Assembly: GCF_009914755.1 (NCBI RefSeq)
Contig: NC_060931.1
DNA from: the human T2T-CHM13v2.0 reference genome, Homo sapiens
Length of the DNA stretch: 64,000 nt
Direction: 5' to 3' (one strand)
Below, piece after piece: positions 38,346-49,728 of the stretch; position 1 is the first letter of the stretch; each line of letters begins with the position of its first letter. The translations under genes were made by a program, and so were the position numbers. Under the pieces are notes generated by a model that was not told the origin of the DNA, made no database searches, and saw nothing but the letters and a program-made list of their open reading frames with translations.

Positions 38346-40671
38346 CATTGAGGAATTCCTTTGTGTGTATGGCGTAACGTGGGAGAGGAAAGAAGTGTCT
38401 CATCAGGCAATATCTGATAACAGATTGATAATTTGCCTCAGCATTTCAGCCTCTACTCACCACAAGCCTTAGTTAACAGCTAGATACAGACTATGGAGTG
38501 CAGTTTATCAGCACTTTCCGTTGTGCAAACATCAGCTACTTTTGTGTGTGTGAGACAAAAACATCAGCTCTCTTCTACTTCTCTCAATCCCAGCTAATTC
38601 TGATAAGGTCATGGAAGCGCAAAATGATGTCTTCTGGAACGTTCTGAAAGAGACCAAAATCTACCCACACAGCTTCATGAGGATCTGAAGCCTTGCAGTG
38701 TATAAATCTTTATCTTTCTCATGTTCATGTCATTGCCCCTTGATATACAGTTGTCTATTGGGCAGACATTGTTAAAAGTAAATAAATTCTTAAAATTAAA
38801 ATTAAATTCCTATAAAGATCTTTTTTTGGTGAACAATTCATGCTGGAAAATACTAATGAAACACAAAGGAAGAGGAATTTTGCTTGTATGTGGTCAATGC
38901 TATTGCATTCCAGAAAGAATACGTTGAAAGGGGGACTTCTAAAATTTTAGCATTTCACTATATAATAACACTTTATTTTTTAATATATTCAAATTTCTGG
39001 ATCTAGTGGAGTTCACAATGAAATATATATATATATATATATATGCACATGTGTCTTTTAAATATTGCTATCCCTCTAAAAGAATCAGTAGGTAAAATTA
39101 TTTCTGTAGTTTAAAAGTTCTGGCTAGGTTACAAAAGACAGCAATTGTTAAACAACTTAACATTAAATATTAAAGACTAAATGTAGCATTTAAAGCATTA
39201 AGTTTAATTGTGTCTGGCTTCATATAATTCAGTCCTTGGTTAATACAAAGTTAGTATATTAGAGTACAAAAATTAATGAAGTTTCAATTTGGAAATTAAA
39301 CAGTATGTGTTTCTAGACATAGAAAGATGCCTGGAATTTTACCTTTAGGATTTTATCTGTAGCTGCCAGCCTATTAAAGCTATTTCCGCGTGCCTTTTTC
39401 TCTTTTGTGCCTACGTCACCGATTTAAGGTTCCTATTTATTTATTTATTTTTAAGAAGAAAGAAGAGGTTCTGTAGGAAACATTGACTGTATCCGACAAC
39501 CATAGCAGGACTAGAGAAGGACTAATGAGGGGGTGCTGGGGGTAGCTTTAAGAGGCGAGGTGGTAGCAGAAAAGGATAAGAAGAAAGATAATTCAGCAGT
39601 CCCCTATAATCTTATTCCACCCAAGAAATTTGGGAGAATGCGAAAAAGCAGCAGCCCAGCATTCCCGGATGGGCGTGGCTTTTCTCCAGGGGCTGTCCAA
39701 TTGAATTCCTTCAGAGGGAGAAGATTGATAAGGGTTGCTAGGAAACAGGAGCGTCTGCCTCCCGCCTGACCCAGAGATTGTTCTGCACAAACCCTCTCCA
39801 GGGGCTCGCAGTGTGCAGTTGAGTCGCGAGTACGGCTGAGCTGCGTACCGGCCTCCCTGGCTCTCACACTCCCTCTCTGCTCCCGCTCTCCTAATCTCCT
39901 CTGGCATGCGGTCAGCCCCCTGCCCAGGGACCACAGGAGAGTTCTTGTAAGGACTGTTAGTCCCTGCTTACCTGAAAGCCAAGCGCTCTAGCAGAGCTTT
40001 AAAGTTGGAGCCGCCACCCTCCCTACCGCCCCATGCCCCTTCACCCCACTCCGAAATTCACCGACCTTTGCATGCACTGCCTAAGGATTTCAGAGTGAGG
40101 CAAAGCAGTCGGCAAATCTACCCTGGCTTTTCGTATAAAAATCCTCTCGTCTAGGTACCCTGGCTCACTGAAGACTCTGCAGATATACCCTTATAAGAGG
40201 GAGGGTGGGGGAGGGAAAAGAACGAGAGAGGGAGGAAAGAATGAAAAGGAGAGGATGCCAGGAGGTCCGTGCTTCTGCCAAGAGTCCCAATTAGATGCGA
40301 CGGCTTCAGCCTGGTCAAGGTGAAGGAAAGTTGCTTCCGCGCCTAGGAAGTGGGTTTGCCTGATAAGAGAAGGAGGAGGGGACTCGGCTGGGAAGAGCTC
40401 CCCTCCCCTCCGCGGAAGACCACTGGGTCCCCTCTTTCCCCAACCTCCTCCCTCTCTTCTACTCCACCCCTCCGTTTTCCCACTCCCCACTGACTCGGAT
40501 GCCTGGATGTTCTGCCACCGGGCAGTGGTCCAGCGTGCAGCCGGGAGGGGGCAGGGGCAGGGGGCACTGTGACAGGAAGCTGCGCGCACAAGTTGGCCAT
40601 TTCGAGGGCAAAATAAGTTCTCCCTTGGATTTGGAAAGGACAAAGCCAGTAAGCTACCTCTTTTGTGTCAG

Positions 40672-40771
40672 ATGAGGAGGACCAACCATGAGCCAGAGCC
40701 CGGGTGCAGGCTCACCGCCGCCGCTGCCACCGCGGTCAGCTCCAGTTCCTGCCAGGAGTTGTCGGTGCGAG
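40672..40771 (+). CDS. GRM3: uORF or alternative N-terminus MRRTNHEPEPGCRLTAAAATAVSSSSCQELSVR (phase 1 at donor)
   Basis: Open from ATG to donor, 100 nt; translation not demonstrable from sequence. Confidence 0.35.
40688..40771 (+). CDS. GRM3: uORF or alternative N-terminus MSQSPGAGSPPPLPPRSAPVPARSCRCE (phase 0 at donor)
   Basis: ACCATG context (A at -3); open 84 nt to donor; translation not demonstrable from sequence. Confidence 0.35.
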
Positions 40772-41875
40772 GTAAGGGGCCCAGAGGAGGACGTGTCCCT
40801 CTGGAGGGCGCCCAGCCAGGGCGCGGAAGCTCGGGTGCCGCGTGGGGCAGGCGCAGCCGGGAAAGTTGAGGCAGAGCATGGACCAGTCCCTACAGTCCTG
40901 ACTGGAGTGGGAAGGGTGGAGGGCAGAGGCGATGTGGGTGTGCATGAGTGAGAGTTTGTGTGTGTGCGCCCACGTCTGTGTCTGGGAGGAGGGAGATTTC
41001 AGGGCATAGATCTGCGGCCAGGGTGCGAGAGGTGAAGGGACGAACTAGCACTCGCAGACCCCAGAGAGACCAGTCTCATCAGCCAACCACCTCCATCTCA
41101 GCTCTGGGCTCAGAATTTGTTTCTATTTGGGGGCTCCCTAAGGCTTTGTGCACAGGAATCCGTGGATACGGGCGGTTTCATGTGGGTGTGGAGGTTGCAG
41201 GCAGAGGTGGGCAACGGTCAGCGAGACCTGGTCCATGCAGCCCAGATAAGCTCCGAAGCCGGAGGCGGCCAGAGGTTTGCCCTCCCGCAAGCAGGGTTGG
41301 AAAGGAGCCTTAACTCACTGCCCTTTGCTCCTTTTGGCTTGAGTGAAAAATCGAAAAGCCAGACAGGGAGCATATCTTTTCATCGACCCTGTTCCATTTT
41401 CTTATCTGACAGTGAGATAACTCAGAGAGGGCGGGAGATTTGCGATCCAAAAATAGACTAGGTGATATATCCAATAAGCTTGTTTCTTAAGGATTTCATT
41501 TAAATTTCTTTCTAGTTATTCCTTGGGTTATCAAAGGTGGACAATTCTCTAAGGTACAACACTTTTAGGTAAATATATTAAGGAAGGATTCTCCCACTTT
41601 AAGTATTTTAGATATTGTAAATTTTGAAAAACAAAACTATACACCTCTAAAGATCTTTGGTTAAGGACTCAACTAATTTGCTTATAAAAATATTTCTACT
41701 ATTTGAATAGTAATAGATATGTTTGGGGTCTATATGTAGGTACATATTGGAATATTCAAAGTTGAGGTTAATGTGAGTTGAGGTAGGTGTGAGTTAAGTA
41801 CCAACAATAGTTCCTTAGAGTTTCTTTGCTTGAATTTCTTAGAACTGTCCAGCACAGCTACAGTATGTTTCTTTG

Positions 41876-41923
41876 TGGTGGGTGGGGGGGGGGGGGGGGG
41901 GTGGGAGGGAGTTTAGGGGGTGG
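41876..41923 (+). repeat. G-rich tract with G18 homopolymer (41884-41901)
   Basis: Read directly. Confidence 0.95.
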
Positions 41924-44900
41924 AGTCTGCTTTGGTTTATCTGATCACACACTTTAAGATTCCTCTCTGAATTCTAATTGTTTGCAGAAGTATATTCAAT
42001 ATAGGCATTACTAAAGTAATCTAGATTGCCACTATGCTAAACTATGGATAACAGTTCCTAACAAAGATGCTTAGGACACTCTAATGAATAAATATGATTC
42101 TATATTCCTACGTACCTTGTTTCTAAAATCAGCCCAATAGAATTTGAATATATTTGGAAGCTATTGTATGCCAGAAATTATTGTAATACTTTTCCTTTCA
42201 CAATGGGTAGTGTTTTATATTTACAAAGATTTCTTACACCTGTAGACTTTAGCTGTCAATCTTATTGGGTTTTGATCACCCAGCAGGAGTACATAGATAT
42301 TTTGAATATACATGCCCAAAGGCTATCTTATGTTCAGAGTAACACAGGAGCTCAGGATGGAAAATGAGGAAAGGAAGTCTTGAAACCTATACCTTAACAA
42401 ATAAAACAATGAAATTCCAGAATATCTACCTTTATTAGATGAAAAAGAATATGGCAACAATACCTTTTAGCATTGAAACCCCTCCTGCCCCTAGATACTA
42501 TATATCTAGGTATAAAACTGTGGTTTTATGAGTTAGGCCCTTACCAGTGAAATGTGAAACCTAAATCATAGAAAATTATGCCAGTACAATGAATAGGCCA
42601 CACTTTGGAGCTTGAAACAGATGTCTTTCTATTTATTTAAATTGAATGGTATTTTTCAAACTTCAGGAATATATGATCAGTAACAAGAAAATGTGTGGAA
42701 AGCCACACACAAAAAAAAATCTTATAATTAAAATATACTCTGTGACCTACTTATTTTTGCACAATGGGCTTTTTAAAAAGTTGTGGTATACATGTGAAAA
42801 GGAGTATAAATCCGATGATTTAACCCACAACTACACATATCAAAATGATGAGCTCATCTTTAATTTTATATCACTGTAATTAAAATTGGTAAGTTGAACA
42901 AATGCAAATATAACGAAATTGATTGAGCTTTATGTTTAAGTTGAAATTAATATTTGTATTGAATAAAAGAATGGGGATAATTGTCAAAAGCTCACTGCTT
43001 CACTTCTCTATGACAGGTGATTAGCTGGAATCACACAATTGAAGATGTTCTTATTTTGAAAGATTCTCAGCAATAACATTTTACAACTTCCCTGGGTACA
43101 TTTTCCTCACTTTTATTTCATGTCGAACTATCTTTTTGCCAAATAAAACTGTTGTCTTTCTTGTCCATTCTTCTAATAGTGATCAGTCGCAAAATGAAGC
43201 ATGAGGTTTTTCCAGGATACTAGCTACCTCCTGCCAAAATGTAGCACATTGGCTTGGGGGTGAATTTTCCAATTGTTTTCCTGCACTAAACATCATCCCA
43301 ATATTCTACTAAACAAAAGAAATGAAAATGAATACCTAATCACTATTGTAAAACAAGGAGGGCAGGATTCAGTTACGCACGCTGGAATGTGGCCAAAGTT
43401 CCAGCGTGAGACTTGTTTTCTCCAGGAGTAATTCTCAAAAAAAGGAGTACGTGTTTACTCACAGTTGTCTCACTTTGCTATTTTAAACTGAGTTTATTGT
43501 GCATTCTCACATCTTTTGAGACTCCACTAAATGGATCCAATACTGCATTAGATGAATTTGTTGAAATTGCTCCCAAGGAGGAGCATAAAATGATAGAAGA
43601 TTATCTACCAAGTCTGAACACATAAAATGAGTATCATCATAGTAATCACTGAGACGGCAAAAACTATTAGCTCATACCCCTCCTTCTACTTCTAATGTAG
43701 GCTTGGTCCCCATAGCCTACTGTATTTTGGAGTACTTCAGTCCAGTCTGACTTTAAGTGGATCACGTAATGACTTCTTCCAGAGTCTTTGAAAGACTATT
43801 TCAGTCTAATGGTTCTCCCTATTAAGAACTTTGTTGTGATATTCAGCTTAATTTTCTCCTGATTATATTTTATCTTGTTACTTAATTCCTATTATAAACC
43901 TTCTGGACTAGTTCATCCTCTTGTCTGATTCAGATTCTTCATCCAACATTTCTCTAGGACTTATAAAATACAAAAGCTTCACACAGTTACAGGAGAGAAT
44001 ACAAAGATGGCAATTCTATGTCCAGACATCTTTGCTAAATGTTTAAGACATTTTTTGCACACTTATATATGTGTATAACTATATGTTCCTAATAATTTAA
44101 TTTACTAATGTAAGAATTAAGAAATTACCTTTTCTGATGTTAATGACCTATGTGAATATTAAGGTGGTACTTTCTGAGGAATGTTCTATGTGGATGCACA
44201 TTATGAGACATTTTCATTGCAAATTTGTTTGCAACAGAACCCTGTCAACGCCCACACTACAAGGGAATTTTGTGACATGCTGGTCTGATGCTCCTCTGAG
44301 CCCCAGAAGCTGTTGTCATGTAAATTCCACTATTGAAATGAAAGTGATGTCCATAATTAATAGAATGTGCTAGGAATGTAATAGTGTATATAGTTTAGAT
44401 GTGTATGTTAACAAAACATAGTAATTCTGTTAGGATTGGCAGTAGCCCCTTTATACTGAAACAATCTAAAAAACCCAGTGGAATTAAGGCCAAATTATTC
44501 ACCGTGCTGCATTATGAAAAGTAAGCTTACATCATGCATATATCAATGTGGAATGTATTTCGATATATATGGAGGTACCATATGTGAAGGTTACTTTAAA
44601 AATAGAAAAGCCTGAAAAAAAAAACATAAAAAAACAGGTTTTCACTTTGTTCACTTAAAATCTTGTTCCAAGACATCCGTGTGTAGGCTTCTTTAAGATT
44701 CTTAAGCAAATATCTTGGTAGACTCACCATCCCACTCAATTGTTTCTCCAAGTTCCAGGCATTGAAATACAAGTTCTGCTAGACAGTAGAGGAGTAAATG
44801 ATATAAATCAGGAAATAAGTTCCTAGGTTACACTTAGCAAGTCAAGAAAATATAAAACCAGAGGGAGGTGAATCAGCATCTAAAAACACCATTTAGTGCT

Positions 44901-46039
44901 ATCTTACTGCTTGTTAAGCATTCGACGGTACATGGAAACACTCACGTGGATTAGGTTAAGAAATCAAGGAGGAGACATCTTTCCAAAACTTATTTTTAAA
45001 CAAATAAAATTAGACTGCACGAAATAATTTTTAAACAAGTACTCTCCCTCCTGAGGTCCCAAAGTATTTTTATAGTGCTATTCATCACATAGTGGTGAGC
45101 ACCCTCCAAATGATTTTCCTTAGAAACAAAAGGAAAATCAATTTTCTTGGTATAGAAAATGTAGGCCATTAATATACCTATAGCTTCTCTCTGGAACAGC
45201 AAGGCATCCAAAGAATCTGTGCCTACACAGAGTAAGTATTTCTTCATCATATTGAACAATCTTTTTATTGAACTGGAAATTGTACACTGTACTTTAAGGA
45301 GAGAAATAAACTTGGAAAACATTCTGATATAATCTACGTAGGCATAGATTAAGGCACCAGTTTGAAAATAAAGCCATATATAGAGAAGGCACCTCCACAA
45401 AAAGCCCAAAGTAACTCTGATCTTTAATTTCTTATCAGAATTTACTTCACTACTTCACTATCATTGACTGTATAACTACACACACACATATTTGAGTAAA
45501 TTCAGTAGAAAGGGTATAGATATCTAAACAGATTAAAAAAAATCAAAACCATGATGCTAGATACATAGTTTGAAAAAAACTTACAACCTATATATGTAGC
45601 ATGGGAATATTAGGAGTATAAAATTTGAGAAGATTCCTCTAAGAAAGAGTCTATCATCAGAAAGAAAAGGTAGCTAATAGGGAAACAATTAGTCAATAAA
45701 TATTTATTAAGTACCTATTTTGACCAAAACAAAATATAGGACATGCATTGGGAACACAAAAAAATGTTCACACACAAAGTTTCACAAACATGTGTAAAGT
45801 TGAAAGTGCTGCAAAAATCAAACTTGAAATTTGAGAGTAGAGAAAATGTTACCAGAATTATCAACCAAATGAAAAAGTCTGTTCCTTAACAGATGCATTC
45901 ATATTTAGGATTTTAAATGTGTGTATATATTCTGATGCCTTGTGGAGACAGTGTTGTATGCTGTGAGGTGACAAAACTAATAATAAGTCAAAATAATAGG
46001 TGATAATTATTAACCAACTTCCCTGTGTGAAGAACTCTG

Positions 46040-46215
46040 CTATACAAGAACTATACAGTACCTGTGAAGTAGGTACTGGGATCCTCATTTTATACAGAAG
46101 AGGAGATGGAGGCCCAGCAAGATAAAGTAACTTGCCCAAGTTCAGGTAGTTAACAAGGCTGCAACTGGAATTCAAAACCTACTTTCTTATTCTAAGACCT
46201 ATTTTCTTTACTACC
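46040..46215 (-). mobile_element. MIR
   Basis: CCTCATTTTATACAGAAGAGGAGATGGAGGCCCAG..GTAACTTGCCCAAG. Confidence 0.8.
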
Positions 46216-48166
46216 AATATTGCCTCACAATTTTTTAATTTATTTATTTATTTTAATTAATTTATTTATTTTACCAGGCTTCATTGCATTCAACAAGTGT
46301 TTTCTGAGCTCCAAGTAGAGGGACATGCTTTGGTAAGGAGGGCAAACAATAATCAATGAAAGGGAGTCTAGAATAGACTTCCCCAGGCTCGAGATCTTTC
46401 TCCACTCCAGACACTGTCCCTTCTGAGAGGCAGAGACATGCAAATGGAAGAAGTAAGCTAAAACATTATTTATAATTGACTAGGACTAAGGATGAAATTC
46501 TAAAATAGAAAAGTCTATGAAGATTATAAATGAACAAGCTGAGAAATAAACACCAGGTCTGAAAGTGTGAGGAAAATATATTTCTTGGAGTCTGATTTCA
46601 ATGACCATTATCATCTGTAAAACTTAGTACAGTGGCAAGAATATAGTCTCACAAAAAGCCAGGATAGAGGTGAGTAGGATTTCTGCTGAGGCTAAAATGC
46701 TGATGTTTCTCTCCTCTTACAACCTACCTACTTCCCACCAGGAAAACAAGCTGGTAAAAAAGTTTTGTAGTATAGTAAAATTTTCAAATTTCTTTACCCT
46801 GCTGAAGTAGTAATGGTTCATCTTTATGTTAGAAAACTCTCAGCATTTTACACATCGGGACATTTATCCATAATATATACAACAGCATGAAACTGGAAGG
46901 GATCAGGGATTATGAATTTTAAACACACTAAGAATAGGAGATGCAAAGTGACCTGCTGGAGATTCCAAAGACTGTTGGTAGTGCTGCTCCAGGAAAACCC
47001 ACATCTCATTATTCTCTGACCTCAGTGCCTTCCCACAGACAGGAAACCTGCTGTCTTAATTGCATGAGCTTATACTTCTTTTCACACTTCTTTTCACACA
47101 ACCAAAGGGCTGAAACAAATCTTTACTTGAGGGTCTTTCTCTGATTTGTGATATGTGCTAGAGTAATTAATGGACATAAAAAAGGAACAGATATCACAGA
47201 TCGCCCCTCCATCTGGTGGAGGCTGTTTCTTTTGATTGTTAATAATAGATAGCAGATAGATTATTAGTAATATTTGCTTAACAGTTTCAATGAACCATGT
47301 CTTGGTGAATACAACATAATGGAAGCTGCTTTTACAAAATATGTCAGAATACATGCCAATCTGAGAGATGGCACTACAAGGTCAAAAACGTTGGAATTTA
47401 TATCTGCCTCAAGGAGAAAAGGATATCTAGAGAGTATAATTAACTTTCTACTTTGGAACATCTTGTTTTTCCTGAAAAAGCAGAGACCCTCTACATGCTT
47501 ATGCATTAATCCCAGTGATTTCTGTGGAATCCACATATATGGACTGGTGACCAGTCCATACTATATTGGTCACTACTACACTGGTAGCCAGACCATACCT
47601 AACTTCAAAATTGATTAGTAGACAAGACATGAACTTAGATGTCTAACAAATCTCTTCCATAGATTTTGTTCAAGACGTCCCCTTGAAAAAAATGTTTTGA
47701 GGAATGCCAAAAGTCCCACTTCCCCCAACACCCAAAATATATTTTTCACTACCTTCCTTGGTTCATACAATTTTCCAAATTTTAAACTGAAGTATTTCAT
47801 CCAAGAAGTACTAAAGAACATATATTTCTAGAAGCACATAACGTACTAACCCTCCAACACATTCTGAATTTATAGGCTCATTTTTCAGAAAAGGTAACTT
47901 TACCAGTTTAGTAGGGAGTAGGTAGAATGAACAATTAATTTATTGAATTTTTACGTACTTCACGACCTTGTCTAAGACAAGCCCTTCCTTGGCTATGGTT
48001 TCCTAAACACTCATAATGCAGTAATTTGAAAGGAAACAAGCCTTCTCTTAGTTGTTGAACAAATGAAGCCCTGGTAGGAAAAAGATTGAGGTGTTAGAGT
48101 GCTCACCCTCTACTTTTTTTTCTTCTTCTAAGGTCCTAAATTTGTGTTTGTTGCTATGTGATATAA

Positions 48167-48514
<348 letters not shown>

Positions 48515-48704
48515 AGTAGCCGATAGTATTAGGTCCACTTCTCATATGGAAAATGCTGGAACATTTGAAGTAGGAAAGGGTAAGAAAATTGAAAAACGAA
48601 GAATAGTTAACCTCTCCCTTTCCTTTATACTCCCCCATGTATTGAACAACAACAACAAAAATCATCTATTTACCTCTGCTGCAAATATTCTGTGAAATTA
48701 TTGC

Positions 48705-48864
48705 CCAGAGAGCCTGCATTAGAATCACTTTGAAGTTTACTTAAAATGAAGAATGCTGGGACACATGCATCCCAGGCTAATTGAAACGAATGTCATATAG
48801 ATTGAAGTTTTGGAATCTGCATAGTAAGTAAACTTCTGATTATTCTTGGGATTTGAGAAACATT
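48705..48864. mobile_element. MER5-like hAT MITE fragment
   Basis: CTGCATTAGAATCAC..GGAATCTGCAT..TTTGAGAAACATTG. Confidence 0.65.
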
Positions 48865-48866
48865 GT

Positions 48867-49235
48867 TGTCTTAGTCTGCTCAGACTGCTATAATGAAATA
48901 CCATAGACCAGGTAGCTTAAACAACAAACATTTATTTTTCACAGTTGCAGATGTTGCGAAGTCCATGATTAAGATTATAGCAGATTCAGTTCCTGGTGAG
49001 AGTCCTCTTCCCAGGCCACTTTTTTACTCTGTGCTCCCATAGCTGGGAGGAAGAGGAGGTGCTCTGGGCTCTCCTCCTCTTATAAATACATGAATTCCAC
49101 CATGAGGGCCAAACTCTGATGGCCTTTTGTAAACCTGATCATCTCCCAAAGGCCCTGTTAGTAAACGCAATCACATCGGGAGCTAGGGCTTCAGCATGTG
49201 AATTTTGGAGCAACACAAATATTCGGTCCATAACA
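48867..49235 (-). mobile_element. MLT1A-like solo LTR
   Basis: TGTCTTAGTCTGCTCAGACTGCTATAA...ACACAAATATTCGGTCCATAACA. Confidence 0.88.
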
Positions 49236-49518
49236 ATTACATGTAGAATGATGGTCATACACAGAATATCCAGTGAATTTCTTTTACCAAATTACTTTCC
49301 ACAGCAAGTTCATTCTAATTGGATTAACCAGTTGTATAAAGTACATTCTACAAGCCTGAGTACTAATTAAGCTCAACTAATAAGGCACAGTTTCTATAAG
49401 TTGTATGAATAGATTTTCTAGAAATGTCCTATTATCTTCGTTGTAAAGGAAGTTTTCCTGTTACCTATAGTAAGTTCCCATGAGATATGCAAACACATAT
49501 AATAATACACATCTTTTG

Positions 49519-49728
49519 GATATTCTTATTCGGAGACTTCCTCATTTTTAATCTTTTATCCTGTATTTTATCATTATATTAATATTAATATATTAGAAAG
49601 AGAAGTTACTGGTATTTGAAGAAGTTACTGATATTCTTATTAGAAAACCTTCTCACTTTTAATATTTTATCCTATATTTTATCATTAATATTAATATATT
49701 AGAAAGATAAGTTACTAGTGTTTGAAGA
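49519..49728. repeat. ~105-bp tandem duplication
   Basis: GATATTCTTATT...ATATTAATATATTAGAAAGA.AAGTTACT.GT.TTTGAAGA at 49519 and 49630. Confidence 0.93.

Larger units (their letters stand above)
39808..40771 (+). other. GRM3: GRM3 exon 1 (5' UTR; start approximate)
   Basis: GATGAGGAGGACCAACCATGAGCCAGAGCCCGGGTGCAGG...GTTGTCGGTGCGAG matches my recollection of the mGluR3 cDNA leader; donor GAG|GTAAGG at 40771/40772 is seen directly. Confidence 0.88.
39380..41300 (+). promoter_or_regulatory. GRM3: GC/CpG-enriched promoter and first-exon region of GRM3
   Basis: Only extended CpG-rich, repeat-free stretch in the window; contains GC-box-like GGGCGTGG (39671), CRE-like TACGTCA (39413) and a strong splice donor. 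Confidence 0.85.

Noticed and set aside
40010-40021. Perfect Kozak-like GCCGCCACC in exon 1
   Set aside because: Followed by CTC, not ATG or a near-cognate start codon
39533-41461. Cluster of overlapping ORFs on both strands, up to 150 aa
   Set aside because: Expected in GC-rich DNA with few stop codons; no recognisable domain; several run through the splice donor
42490-42510. 8-bp inverted repeat CCTAGATA/TATCTAGG
   Set aside because: Short enough to occur by chance in 64 kb of AT-rich DNA
45185-45237. Possible 32-nt micro-exon (AACAG|...AGA|GTAAGT)
   Set aside because: Short pyrimidine tract and weak exonic donor bases; expected by chance
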